Below are positions 37,380-47,588 of a stretch of 60,252 bases of DNA, piece after piece. The stretch spans positions 1-60,252 of the forward strand of contig WTGW01000041.1 of NCBI GenBank assembly GCA_011523395.1, in the 5' to 3' direction. Each line of letters opens with the position of its first letter. The first letter of the stretch is position 1. The DNA is from Acidimicrobiia bacterium (GTDB lineage: Bacteria; Actinomycetota; Acidimicrobiia; Spongiisociales; Spongiisociaceae). Made by a program: the position numbers and the translations under genes. The notes under the pieces are model-generated. The model did no database searches, was not told the origin of the DNA, and saw only the letters and a list, made by a program, of their open reading frames with translations.

Positions 37380-38471
37380 ATGCTGATAACCGCTCCTGTC
37401 CTCGTCAAACCCAGGGAGCCGATGCAGATGCTCGATCTGGAACTCGACGATCCGGGCTTCGGGGAAGTCCGCGTGAGGATGGTGGCCAGCGGGGTGTGCC
37501 ATAGCTGCCTCCATGCAGCCGACGGTTCCCACGTCGGCATTCCCATGCCCATCGTTCTCGGAGACGAGGGCTCCGGCGTAGTGGATGCGGTGGGCCCCGG
37601 TTGCCGATCGTTGTCACCCGGGGATCACGTCATCATCTCCTGGGCGCCGGACTGCGGCAGCTGCCGCCCGTGCTGTCTCGGTTACCCGGCCCTGTGCCTG
37701 AACAACCCACCGGTCGGAAGGATGGGAGACGGCCGCACCCGCTTCCACTACCAGGGGGAAGACGTCTACCACTACGGTCCAGCCACCTACGGGCCCTACA
37801 TAGTCGTCCCCGAGGAGGCGGCCGTGAGCATCCGGAAGGACTTCCCCCTCGACCTCGCCGCGCTAATCGGATGCTCGGTGACCACCGGATTCGGTGCGGT
37901 GGTGAACACCGCCGGTGTCCGTTCCGGACAGAGCGTGGCGGTCATCGGTTGCGGGGGCGTCGGGCTCAACGCGGTGCAGGGTGCGGCCGCAACGGGTGCC
38001 TACCCGATCATCGGCGTCGACGTCGTCGACTCCAAGCTCGAATACGCCCGCCATTTCGGGGCTACTCATACCATCAACTCCCGGGCAGAGGACCTGATCG
38101 ACGCGATAACGGCTCTGACCGGGGAAGGGGTCGACTACAGCATCGTGGCGGTGGGCAGTACCACCGCGATGGAACAGGGTCTGGCGATCCTCGCCAAGCA
38201 GGGAATAGAAGTCATCCTGGGCCTTCCGGGCACCGGGGAGACCTTCGCGGTCGATCCCTTCCTGATGATGCAGGGAGAGCGAAAGATCCTGGGATCCCGG
38301 TACGGGAGCGGGAACCCCATGGTGGAGTTCCCCAAGATGATCGAGCTGGCCATGGCAGGCCGGCTCAACATCGACGAGCTGGTCACCAGGAGATACGACC
38401 TCGACGAGGCGGACGAGGCCTTCAGGGCACTGGCGGCAGGGGAGCAGGCCCGAGGACTGATCGTCTTCTAG
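37380..38471 (+). CDS. zinc-dependent alcohol dehydrogenase family (class III-like)
   Basis: GVCHSCLH, GDEGSGVV, a structural-Zn Cys cluster (CGSCRPCC) and the GCGGVGLN Rossmann motif. Confidence 0.9.
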   Translation: MLITAPVLVKPREPMQMLDLELDDPGFGEVRVRMVASGVCHSCLHAADGSHVGIPMPIVLGDEGSGVVDAVGPGCRSLSPGDHVIISWAPDCGSCRPCCLGYPALCLNNPPVGRMGDGRTRFHYQGEDVYHYGPATYGPYIVVPEEAAVSIRKDFPLDLAALIGCSVTTGFGAVVNTAGVRSGQSVAVIGCGGVGLNAVQGAAATGAYPIIGVDVVDSKLEYARHFGATHTINSRAEDLIDAITALTGEGVDYSIVAVGSTTAMEQGLAILAKQGIEVILGLPGTGETFAVDPFLMMQGERKILGSRYGSGNPMVEFPKMIELAMAGRLNIDELVTRRYDLDEADEAFRALAAGEQARGLIVF

Positions 38472-38617
38472 GAGGGTTCCGAGAGTGTCCCGTCGGCCCG
38501 ATAGCCGGAAGGAGACCCGAGTTAGAAGCATCGCGGGCCACGTTTCCCCGTCATTTCCGGAACCGTCCTGGAGAGCCGGAGAGACCAGCCGGCCAAAGCT
38601 GGCAGGAGGTATCGAGA

Positions 38618-40096
38618 ATGGGTAGTACCGAGCGGATCCTGGTGGCACTGTTTCGCCAGGAGAGCCACAGCTTCGTCCCCGGCGCCACGACGTTGGCCGA
38701 CTTCGAGAGGTTCGGGATACCGACCGGCTCCGATGTCCTGCGGCGAGCCGGTAATCGAGAGATCGACGGTTACCGCGATGCTGCCGAGGAGTTCGGGGTC
38801 GAGTTGGTCCCCGCGCTAGATGCCAAGGCACAATCCGGCCCGCCCCTGGATGACGCCACCTTCGAACACCTCGCCGGCAGGGTGTGCGACGCGATAAGCC
38901 TCAACCGTGACCGGATCGACGGGGTGATGCTGGGCCTGCACGGTGCGATGGTCACCGACAGCCTCGACGATGCGGAGGGTGAGGTTCTGGCCCGGGCACG
39001 AGCCATCGTCGGGCCGGACATTCCCATCGCCACCACGCTCGACCTTCACACCCATATGACGCGGCGCATGGGCGAGACGGCGGACATCCTGGCGGGATAC
39101 CAGACCTGCCCCCATGTGGACCTGCGGCGTACCGGCGAAGTAGCCATGCGCACCCTCATACGGACCATCCGTGGTGAGGTGGAGCCGGTGGTTTCCCAGC
39201 GGAAGGTCCGGATGATGACCGGGGCGGAGACGCATGACGACCGCCGGTTCCCCAACCGGGAGGTTATAGCCGCCCTCCACGAGGCGGAGAGAGACCCGCG
39301 GGTACTGGCGGCCAGCGTGTTCTGCACCCAGCCCTGGCTCGACATCTCGGAACTGGGTTGGACGGTGGTCATCGTCACCGACCGGGACCCGGATCTGGGC
39401 CGGTCGCTCGCCGACGAGATAGCCATGAAGGCCTGGAGCCTGCGGGACCACTACCTCGTGAAGAAGACCGATGTCCACGAGGCAATCGACACGGCTCTCG
39501 CGTCGGACGGCGTCTTCGCCCTGTCGGAGGGTTCTGACAGCACCACCGCCGGAGGACTGGGTGACGGAAACCTGCTGCTGAAGGCACTGCTGGATCGTGG
39601 CGTCGACGTTCCATGCCTGCTGATGGTCAGCGATCCGGCGGCGGCCGCGGCCTGCGCGCAGGCCGGCGTCGGCGCCAGGGTGACCACCCCCCTCGGAGGC
39701 AGCGCGAACCCCGCCTTCTACAGCCCCGTGGAGGTGACCGGCACCGTGGCCACCCTCACCGACGGACGGTACATGAACCACTACGGGGGAATCCGGGCCG
39801 TTGACATGGGTCCGACCGCATTGCTCCAGGTGGGGTCGATTTCGATCATGGTGACCACGCATCGCCCACCCATGGTCGACTACGAGGCTTACCTCAGCGT
39901 GGGCGCCGACCCCCGGGAGATGCGGATAGTGCAACCCAAGTCCGCCGGCGCCTACCTCGAGTACTACGAGCAGATCGCGACCTGCATCGACCTGGACGTC
40001 CCGGGTCCCTCGGGCAGCGATCTCACCGCCCTTCCCTTCAAACGGATAGAGAGGCCGCTCTGGCCCTGGGACCCCGACCTGCAAGACCCCTGGTAG
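38618..40096 (+). CDS. MlrC-like M81 family metallopeptidase (copy 2)
   Basis: ATG after GGCAGGAGG. ILVALFRQESHSFVP N-terminus and MlrC C-terminal domain. The longer 831-aa track ORF is an out-of-context upstream extension. Confidence 0.8.
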   Translation: MGSTERILVALFRQESHSFVPGATTLADFERFGIPTGSDVLRRAGNREIDGYRDAAEEFGVELVPALDAKAQSGPPLDDATFEHLAGRVCDAISLNRDRIDGVMLGLHGAMVTDSLDDAEGEVLARARAIVGPDIPIATTLDLHTHMTRRMGETADILAGYQTCPHVDLRRTGEVAMRTLIRTIRGEVEPVVSQRKVRMMTGAETHDDRRFPNREVIAALHEAERDPRVLAASVFCTQPWLDISELGWTVVIVTDRDPDLGRSLADEIAMKAWSLRDHYLVKKTDVHEAIDTALASDGVFALSEGSDSTTAGGLGDGNLLLKALLDRGVDVPCLLMVSDPAAAAACAQAGVGARVTTPLGGSANPAFYSPVEVTGTVATLTDGRYMNHYGGIRAVDMGPTALLQVGSISIMVTTHRPPMVDYEAYLSVGADPREMRIVQPKSAGAYLEYYEQIATCIDLDVPGPSGSDLTALPFKRIERPLWPWDPDLQDPW

Positions 40097-40365
40097 GTCT
40101 GGTCCGCCCCGTCTCTTCACGCGCGGAGTCTGTCAGGGTGGATCGCGCCTGCTACGAACCGCCTAGGCCAGGAGTACGACATCGGGCAACCCTCATCCAA
40201 CCCGTTCGGGGCGTCACAACCACCGGGCGGAAGGACGGCTCAGCCGGAACGATGCCATCGACGTGACCGGTGCAGGGAGCGCGGCGCCCGGATCTCCTCG
40301 CTAAGTTGGCTTGACGGACCGGATGGTCGAGTTCGGGTACGGCAGACAAGGTAGATGAGGAGACC

Positions 40366-41988
40366 ATGATCCAGGCCACGGTGAATCCGGCAACGGTCTC
40401 GCAACCCCGGTACGAGCTGATCGTCGAGAAGGACGTGGATGTTCCGATGCGCGACGGGCTGGCACTGAAATGCGATGTTTTCCGGCCCGACGATGAAGGT
40501 GCGTTCCCCGCCATCATGACCTTCGGGCCGTACCCCAAGGACGAGCACATGGACTACGGCGACAGCGCCGAGGAGAACGGCCCTTACATGCATTGGGAAT
40601 CGGCCAACCCGGAGTGGTGGATCCCGCGGGGCTACGTTCAGGTACGGGTGGACATGAGGGGTTCGGGCCATTCCCCCGGGTTCTGTGACATCGTGTCAAC
40701 CCAGGAGACGCTGGACTACTACGACGCCATCGAATGGGTGGCGGCACAGCCGTGGTGCAGTGGCAGTGTGGGTCTCATGGGGATCTCGTACTTCGCATTG
40801 AACCAGTGGAACGTGGCTGCGCTCCACCCGCCGGCGCTGAAGGCCATGATCCCGTGGGAGGGCTGGTCGGACCTGTATCGGGACTCCACCCATCAAGGGG
40901 GGATCTTCAGCGATGGGTTTTTCTCGTTCTGGTATTGGGATCGCGTAGTCAAGCGGACACTCGGCGATAACACCGAGCGATGGCGCGACCAGTTCGCACC
41001 GTTCTTCGACGACATACGCGACCACGAATTGGACGGCCCTTACTACCGCGAACGGTCTGCCCGCTTCGATGAGATCACCGTGCCGTTCCTGAGCGCCGGC
41101 AACTGGGGCGGCGCCGGTCTCCACCTGCGGGGCAACACGGAGGCGTTCTTCCGATCTGCCTCGGAACAGAAGCGGCTCCGGATGCACACGGGAACCCACA
41201 TCGGACCGTTCTACCGTCTCGAAGCCCGCCTGGACCAGATTCACTTCTTCGATTACTGGCTCAAAGGCATCGACAACGGTCTCATGGAGGAGCCACCGAT
41301 CAAGCTCGCCATCCGCACCTCGGCGGACGAGGAAGATTGGCGTTTCGAGCACGAGTGGCCCCTGGCCCGGACGAGCTGGACCAGGATGTTCTTGAGCGCC
41401 GACGATGGTGGGCGGCTGGCGCCGGACGCGCCTGGTGCGGCGGGTGAGGTGAGCTACTCGGCCGAGGGACCCCGCTCAGACGAGTTCAGGGGAGCAAGCT
41501 TCTCGACCGAGCCCTTTGATGAGGATGTCGAGGTCACGGGTCCGCTGAACCTCGTGGTGAGCGTGTCGTCGACCACCGACGACATGGACATCTTCTTGGC
41601 GGTGCGCAACATTGCGCCGGACGGAAGCGAGGTGTGCTTCCCCAACGGTTGGGCCCAACCCAGCCCCGCATCGCGGGGATGGCTCCGGGCATCCCACCGG
41701 AAGTTGGACCAGAGTCTGTCACTCCCTTTCCGTCCCTACCACCAGCACGACGAGATCCAACCCCTGGTTCCGGGCGAGCCCACTGTTGTCGAGGTCGAGA
41801 TCCTGCCCATGAGCAACGTGTTCAAGCAGGGACATCGTCTGCGGCTCGACATACAGCCTTGGGAGGACGACCCGACCATCCGCTACTCGCACGACAACTC
41901 GGAACATTGGCGCGGACGCCATACCATCCATGTGGGAGGCGATCAGGCCGCCTACCTGCTGGTCCCCATCATCCCTTCGTCCGCCTGA
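40366..41988 (+). CDS. CocE/NonD family hydrolase (S15 X-Pro dipeptidyl-peptidase-like)
   Basis: Catalytic Ser context GLMGISYFA and a C-terminal jelly-roll region. Family-typical N-terminus (VPMRDGLALKCDVFRP). Confidence 0.8.
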   Translation: MIQATVNPATVSQPRYELIVEKDVDVPMRDGLALKCDVFRPDDEGAFPAIMTFGPYPKDEHMDYGDSAEENGPYMHWESANPEWWIPRGYVQVRVDMRGSGHSPGFCDIVSTQETLDYYDAIEWVAAQPWCSGSVGLMGISYFALNQWNVAALHPPALKAMIPWEGWSDLYRDSTHQGGIFSDGFFSFWYWDRVVKRTLGDNTERWRDQFAPFFDDIRDHELDGPYYRERSARFDEITVPFLSAGNWGGAGLHLRGNTEAFFRSASEQKRLRMHTGTHIGPFYRLEARLDQIHFFDYWLKGIDNGLMEEPPIKLAIRTSADEEDWRFEHEWPLARTSWTRMFLSADDGGRLAPDAPGAAGEVSYSAEGPRSDEFRGASFSTEPFDEDVEVTGPLNLVVSVSSTTDDMDIFLAVRNIAPDGSEVCFPNGWAQPSPASRGWLRASHRKLDQSLSLPFRPYHQHDEIQPLVPGEPTVVEVEILPMSNVFKQGHRLRLDIQPWEDDPTIRYSHDNSEHWRGRHTIHVGGDQAAYLLVPIIPSSA

Positions 41989-42241
41989 GTCCGGGCGGTG
42001 GTCCACCCGCAAGCCACCGACCCTGACCAGTCCCGGTCGCGACCGGGTTCGGCAAGTCGCACGGCGCCGCTCCGGACACCGCTGCCAACGTCGTCGATCA
42101 TCCGTCCCCTATGGCTCGTGAACCAATCGTTGACCTGGACATTTGCACGCTATGGGGGACCAGGGCTCGGGTCAAGGTAATGGTACGAAAGACAGACAGA
42201 AAAAACCTCCATTGTCCACGCGATTTAGGGGCCAGAATCTG

Positions 42242-42271
42242 TTGACAACTTGGCTTTCGCCCCGGTAACTT
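42242..42271 (+). promoter_or_regulatory. sigma-70-like promoter TTGACA-N18-TAACTT
   Basis: Read directly in the lower-GC spacer 30 nt upstream of the SBP start, which itself follows GGGAGGGG. Confidence 0.35.
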
Positions 42272-42299
42272 TCCGTTTCTAGCGTCTAGGGAGGGGAAC

Positions 42300-44057
42300 G
42301 TGTCGCGATCAGACACTTCAGGCAGACAAACGCCCACGACCATATGCCGCCTTCTGGCCTGCGGTCTCGTCCTGGCTCTCATAACGGCCGCCTGCGCCTC
42401 GGAGAGCGAGGATGCCGAAACTCCGGCAACCACGGTAGCAGCGCCCGAGACGGTCGCTGCAACGACCGCTGCCGAAGAGCCCGCCGAAACCATGACGGGG
42501 ACCGAGCGCCTTGTCTATGGAGTGCTCGCTCCCCAGGTCGAGTCGAACGATATCGACCGGGAAGTCCAGCCGCAGGACGACTTCCAGTTGAGGCCGATCT
42601 ACGAGAACCTCATCGGTAACAACCCAGCCACTGGGCAGTGGGAGCCGATGCTGGCCGAGAGCTGGGAAATCGAGGGGAACAGCCTCCGCATGCACCTGAG
42701 ACAGGGAGTCGAGTTCCACAACGGGATGGGCGAATTCACGGCGGCTGACGTCGTCTTCACCCTTGACCACCTGGTGAATCCAGCCGGCGCCCAGACAGGG
42801 ATCGCCGACGTGATCCGGGAGACGGTCGACGAGATCGAGGTTGTCAACGATCACGAGATCGTGTTCCACCTCGCCAGCGCCAGCTACGAGTTTCTGGAGG
42901 CGCTCAGCTACGGAGCGACCGGAACCGCGATGATGAGCAAGGCGGACTTCGATGCCCGCGGGGGTGCGATACCAGGCCTGGACGAGCCACCGCTGGCCGG
43001 CACCGGACCGTACCGCTTCCTCGAACGCACGCCGGGCGTCAACGTGGTATTCGAAAGGGTGGACGACCATTGGCGGAAGACAGGCGCCTTCCAGGAGGTC
43101 GAGTACCGGTACTTCAATGATGTCGCCACGTTGCAGGCCGCGCTACTGGCCGGAGAGGTCCATGTCACGGAGCTGCCGAGCGATCTGACGGACGCCGCGG
43201 TGGCCGCGGGCATGGTGGCAGTGGAGTCGGGGTTGCCCGGCACGCGGATCGCGCTGAACTTCGTCGGCGCGTTTCTCGACCCGCCGGCCACGGGTGCGGA
43301 TGATCCGTCGATCTGCGAGAACCGCAACGACAGTCCATGGTGGGATGTCCGGCTGCGACGGGCGGCCAGCAAGGCCGTCGATCGCGATGCGCTGAACCAG
43401 GCCTTCTACGGCGGGAGGGGTTCGCCGCTCTACCTGTGGTTCTGGCTCCCCGAGGTCACCGGATGGGATCCCGCGTTCGAGGAGAGATTCGCGGACGAGT
43501 ACGGATACGACCCTGACGCGGCGCGGGCTCTCCTCCAGGAGGCCGGCTACGCAGACGACGAACACGAGATCATCGTCCTGGGCACACCCGATTCGGGAAG
43601 CCCGGAGTCCGGACCTGTGATGGAAGCGGTAGCCGGAATGCTCAGCGATGTGGGCTTCAACGTCCGGCTCGAGATCATGGACGACGGCGAGGAAGTCGAA
43701 CGGCTGGAGGGTTACTACTACTCCGGGCAGGCCGCCCTGGAATACGACGTCTTCAACAGCGAGATCGTCACGGGCTTCGACGCTCAGGGCCACTCCTCCC
43801 ACGGGAGCGGCAGAACGGTCGAGAACTGCGCCATCGACGAGCAGTACCGCAAGGTGGTGCGGCTCTGGACGGCCGAGGAACAGGACGAGCCCTACAGGGA
43901 ACTCGGACACATGGTGTACGATTTCGTCGGGCACCTGCCGCTGTTCCAGGTGCCGGTGCTGAGGGTGTTCAATCCAGAGGTCGTCTCCTCTTACACCTTC
44001 CCAGGCTCAGGTGTGGGTTCGCTGTACACCTTCATCGAGCACATCGAGGCGGCGTAG
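42300..44057 (+). CDS. ABC transporter substrate-binding lipoprotein, family 5 (copy 2)
   Basis: GTG start, lipobox LITAACA, and an SBP_bac_5-like body. Confidence 0.85.
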   Translation: MSRSDTSGRQTPTTICRLLACGLVLALITAACASESEDAETPATTVAAPETVAATTAAEEPAETMTGTERLVYGVLAPQVESNDIDREVQPQDDFQLRPIYENLIGNNPATGQWEPMLAESWEIEGNSLRMHLRQGVEFHNGMGEFTAADVVFTLDHLVNPAGAQTGIADVIRETVDEIEVVNDHEIVFHLASASYEFLEALSYGATGTAMMSKADFDARGGAIPGLDEPPLAGTGPYRFLERTPGVNVVFERVDDHWRKTGAFQEVEYRYFNDVATLQAALLAGEVHVTELPSDLTDAAVAAGMVAVESGLPGTRIALNFVGAFLDPPATGADDPSICENRNDSPWWDVRLRRAASKAVDRDALNQAFYGGRGSPLYLWFWLPEVTGWDPAFEERFADEYGYDPDAARALLQEAGYADDEHEIIVLGTPDSGSPESGPVMEAVAGMLSDVGFNVRLEIMDDGEEVERLEGYYYSGQAALEYDVFNSEIVTGFDAQGHSSHGSGRTVENCAIDEQYRKVVRLWTAEEQDEPYRELGHMVYDFVGHLPLFQVPVLRVFNPEVVSSYTFPGSGVGSLYTFIEHIEAA

Positions 44058-44105
44058 CTAGAGAGAGTCCTGATCGGTGTTCAACCTTCAGAAGAGGTCC
44101 GCTAT

Positions 44106-44139
44106 ACGGATGAGGGAGGCCGTGCGCCCCCTCATCCGT
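44106..44139 (+). terminator. hairpin downstream of the SBP gene
   Basis: ACGGATGAGGG-N12-CCCTCATCCGT with an 11-bp stem. No U-tract, which is common in high-GC actinobacteria. Confidence 0.35.
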
Positions 44140-44166
44140 ACGTGATCCCGCGGTGAATGCCGGCCC

Positions 44167-45027
44167 ATGAAACCCGCTCCGTTCGAATACGCAGCACCAG
44201 AAACGGTGGAGGAGGCGGTGCGCATCCTGGCCGAGAATGCGGACCGGGCCAAGATACTCGCCGGGGGCCAGAGCCTCGTCCCGATGCAGAACCTGCGTCT
44301 GGCACGCCCGGAGATGCTGGTCGACATCAACGGGATCGACTCAGCCTCATTCGTGATGGTCGATTCCGATGTGCTGCGGATCGGGGCATTGGCACGACAT
44401 ATCCAGGTTGAGGAGGCCCGCGTGCCCGGGCCACTGGGCGGTCTGCTTGAGGAGGTCGGCCGCCAGGTGGGTCATCTCCCCATCCGCCTGCGCGGTACGT
44501 TCTGTGGAAGTCTCGCCCACGCCGACCCGGCCGCCGAATGGTGCGCCTTGCTGGCGACCGCAAAGGGGAACGTGGTGGCCCGTGGGCTAGGAGGCGACCG
44601 GGTCATTGCGGCCGATGACTTCTTCGACACCGCGTTCACCACCTCTCTGGCTCTGGGGGAGATGGTGGTGGAGGCGCGCCTGCCCGTCCTTTCCGAAGAC
44701 TGGCGGTTCGGAACCGCGTTCCTGAGTCGCAGAGCGGGAGATTTCGCGGTGGTGCTGGTGATAGCCCTGATCCGGGTAGTCGAAGAGAAGGTTGCCGAGG
44801 CCAGAATCGGACTCGGGGGTGTCTCGGACCGACCCGTCAGAGCGCGATCGGCGGAGGCGATGCTGGTCGGGGAGCGCCTGAACCGCGAACTGCTGGAGCA
44901 CGCCGGTCGGGCTGCCGCGGATGGAGTGGAGCCTCTGGGCGATCTACACGGGACGGCCGAGTTCCGGCGGCATCTCGTCAAGGTTCTGGTCCCGCGTGCC
45001 CTCTCCAATGCTTGGGGACTCGGATGA
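44167..45027 (+). CDS. molybdenum hydroxylase FAD-binding medium subunit (CoxM/CutM-like)
   Basis: MKPAPFEY...ILAGGQSLVPMQNLRLARPEMLVDINGI is the canonical FAD_binding_5 N-terminus. Confidence 0.9.
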   Translation: MKPAPFEYAAPETVEEAVRILAENADRAKILAGGQSLVPMQNLRLARPEMLVDINGIDSASFVMVDSDVLRIGALARHIQVEEARVPGPLGGLLEEVGRQVGHLPIRLRGTFCGSLAHADPAAEWCALLATAKGNVVARGLGGDRVIAADDFFDTAFTTSLALGEMVVEARLPVLSEDWRFGTAFLSRRAGDFAVVLVIALIRVVEEKVAEARIGLGGVSDRPVRARSAEAMLVGERLNRELLEHAGRAAADGVEPLGDLHGTAEFRRHLVKVLVPRALSNAWGLG

Positions 45028-45058
45028 AACGGATACCGCTACTACCAGGAGCAACGTC

Positions 45059-45541
45059 ATGAGCCGGGCGACGGTACCTGTCACGCTCGAGGTCAACGGG
45101 GAGACCTGGGACTTGGAGGTGGAACCGCGCTGGTCGCTGGCGGAAGTGGTCCGTTCCCGATGCGGGCTGACCGGGACCCACTTGGGATGCGAGCAGGGTA
45201 TCTGCGGATCGTGCACTGTCCTTGTGGACGGCGATCCGGTGCGATCCTGCCTGATCTACGCGGTGCAATGCCGGGACAGCCGGATAACCACCATCGAGGG
45301 TCTCGCAGCGGGAGGGGACATCGCGGACCTGATGGAAGCCTTCTCGATACACCACGGCCTGCAGTGCGGTTTCTGCACCCCTGGGTTCCTGGTATTGGCC
45401 TCGGCGGTCCTCGAAAGGGATCCGTCCATCAGCGACGGGGACTTGGAGGAGGCTCTGTCCTCCAACCTCTGCAGGTGCACCGGCTACTACAGCATAATCA
45501 AGGCAGTCCGGAGCGTGCGTGATCAGACTTCGGCCTGCTGA
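45059..45541 (+). CDS. molybdenum hydroxylase [2Fe-2S] small subunit (CoxS-like)
   Basis: CEQGICGSCTV, CGFCTPG and NLCRCTGY cluster motifs. Confidence 0.9.
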   Translation: MSRATVPVTLEVNGETWDLEVEPRWSLAEVVRSRCGLTGTHLGCEQGICGSCTVLVDGDPVRSCLIYAVQCRDSRITTIEGLAAGGDIADLMEAFSIHHGLQCGFCTPGFLVLASAVLERDPSISDGDLEEALSSNLCRCTGYYSIIKAVRSVRDQTSAC

Positions 45542-45595
45542 CACCGCCGTCCCGAGACCCGACCCTCCTACCGTAGCTTCGAAGAGAGGTGCCGT

Positions 45596-46579
45596 TTGCG
45601 CCGCATAGACATCCACACCCACTTCATCAGCCCGGACTTCGCCGACCATCTGGAGGGTCGGAACGAGTATCCGACCATCGAGTGGCGAGGTGACAAGCGC
45701 GTGATCCGCTCCGCGGTCGGACTGGTGGTGCCGGTTCTCGACAAGTTCACGGATCTCGACGTCAAGCTGGCCGACATGGACGAACTCGGTGTCGACTTCG
45801 CGGTCCTCAGCCATGCCGTTCCCGGACCGGAGGTGCTCGGCGGGAACCAGGCGGATGAGTGGGCGAGACGTATGAACGACCACCTGGCCGGCCTGATCGC
45901 CAGGGCGCCCGACCGGATTTCTGCGTGGGGGCTGATCGGATTCGGGGACCCGGACACCTCCAGGCAGGAGATGGATCGCTGCGTCAAGGAGCTGAGGTTC
46001 CCCGGCTTCCAGTTGTACGCCAACATCGCCGGCCAGGCACTGGACGCGCCCGGTGTGGTCGAGATCATCGGCTATGCGGCCGAACTCGGCGTGCCGTTGA
46101 ACCTGCATCCGACCGTCCCCAGGAACCAGATAGGGATGGACAACCTGACGGTTCTCACAGGTCTCGGATTCGTCGCGGACACGTCCCTGAGCACCCTCAG
46201 GCTCATCTTCGCCGGTGTCTTCGATCGCTATCCCGAACTGACGCTCATCGTTCCGCATATCGGAGGGGTTCTTCCCTACATACGCGGCCGGATAGCCGCC
46301 CACAGCGGTAGGGCCCACATCCAGGCCCACGGTGCGGACCTGGAGCGCCCGATCGGGGACTACCTGCAGAACCTGTTCATCGATTCGGTTACGGGCGACC
46401 TCGGGTCCCTTCGCCTGGCGTACGATCTCATGGGGCCCTCGAGGATCCTGTACGGAACGGATCACCCCTTCGGGAACTACCGGCAGGCAGCCGGAATAGT
46501 GGATCAACTTGGCCTGCCGGAAGGTGAGCAGGCCATGATCTATTCCGAGAACGCCATGCGCGTGCTCGGAATCGGCTGA
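45596..46579 (+). CDS. amidohydrolase_2 (ACMSD/decarboxylase-type) family protein
   Basis: TTG start. IDIHTHF metal motif, HPT..., and a late GTDHPF block. Confidence 0.8.
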   Translation: MRRIDIHTHFISPDFADHLEGRNEYPTIEWRGDKRVIRSAVGLVVPVLDKFTDLDVKLADMDELGVDFAVLSHAVPGPEVLGGNQADEWARRMNDHLAGLIARAPDRISAWGLIGFGDPDTSRQEMDRCVKELRFPGFQLYANIAGQALDAPGVVEIIGYAAELGVPLNLHPTVPRNQIGMDNLTVLTGLGFVADTSLSTLRLIFAGVFDRYPELTLIVPHIGGVLPYIRGRIAAHSGRAHIQAHGADLERPIGDYLQNLFIDSVTGDLGSLRLAYDLMGPSRILYGTDHPFGNYRQAAGIVDQLGLPEGEQAMIYSENAMRVLGIG

Positions 46580-46604
46580 ATCCGTTAACGCTCGGAGTTA
46601 CTTT

Positions 46605-47588
46605 TCAGCCTTGTCCTTCGGCTGTGACCAGATGGCAAGCCGCCTCGTGGTCGTCCCCGACCGTTAATAGGGGAGGCGTCTCCTCGCACTTGCTCATGAC
46701 CCACGGGCACCTCGTGCGGAACCGGCATCCGGTGGGCGGATTGATCGGGCTCGGAATCTCCCCACGCAGAGACGAGCCGATGGGAGGGTCGTCCGGGTGC
46801 GAGCGGGGCAGTGATTCGAAGAGTTCCTTCGTATAGGGATGGTCGGGACGGTCGAACAACTGCGCGGTCGGCGCGAGCTCGACGATCCGTCCCATATACA
46901 TGACGGCGACACGATGGGCCACCGTGGGCACCACGTTCAGGTCATGGGTGATCATCAAAAACGACGTTCCGGACTGTTCCTGGAGTTCCGCCAAGAGGTT
47001 CAGGACCTGAGCCTGCACGGCGGTATCAAGTGCCGACACCGGTTCATCGAGGATGATCAGGGAAGGATTGGAGATGAGAGCCGCGGCCAGTGCTACCCGC
47101 TGGCGCTGACCTCCGCTGAACTCGTGCGGGAACCGCCGGGCGTCGGACGCCTTCAGGCCGACGCTCTCCAGCGCGTCCACTACCCTCGCCCTCCTTTCCC
47201 GTGACGAGAGATCCGTGTTCGCCTCGAGAGTCTCCCCCACTGTACGCCCCACCTTTATCCTCGGGTTGAGGGAGCCCCATGGATCCTGGAATACCGCCTG
47301 CACCTGCATGCGGTAGCGGCGCTGCTGGCGGGCGGTCAGGGTTGCGATGTCAAGGCCGCCGACTCTGATCGACCCGGCGGAGGGTCGCACCAGGCGGAGC
47401 AGCATGTTGGCGGTGGTCGTCTTCCCGCAGCCGGACTCCCCGACCAGAGCGAGAGTCTCGCCCTGGCTGATGGAGAAGTCGACTCCGTCCACTGCGTGCA
47501 CCTGTCCCAGCAGTTGGGTGCTGAGAAGGCCGCCTCTGACCGGGTAGTGCTTCGTCAGCCCTTCGACGACTACGAGCGGTTCAGCCAC
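46605..47588 (-). CDS. peptide-type ABC transporter ATP-binding protein (OppF-like, copy 2)
   Basis: GESGCGKTT, FSGGQRQRV, and a C-terminal CRFRTRC motif. Start set to the GTG at 47588 (VAEPLVVVEGLTKHY). Confidence 0.85.
   Translation of the reverse strand: MAEPLVVVEGLTKHYPVRGGLLSTQLLGQVHAVDGVDFSISQGETLALVGESGCGKTTTANMLLRLVRPSAGSIRVGGLDIATLTARQQRRYRMQVQAVFQDPWGSLNPRIKVGRTVGETLEANTDLSSRERRARVVDALESVGLKASDARRFPHEFSGGQRQRVALAAALISNPSLIILDEPVSALDTAVQAQVLNLLAELQEQSGTSFLMITHDLNVVPTVAHRVAVMYMGRIVELAPTAQLFDRPDHPYTKELFESLPRSHPDDPPIGSSLRGEIPSPINPPTGCRFRTRCPWVMSKCEETPPLLTVGDDHEAACHLVTAEGQG

Noticed and set aside
37601-38617. 831-aa ORF suggesting a large N-terminal extension of MlrC-2
   Set aside because: The extension overlaps the Zn-ADH gene in another frame and is Arg/Gly/Pro-rich. 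An ATG with GGCAGGAGG at 38618 yields a protein collinear with the other MlrC copy.
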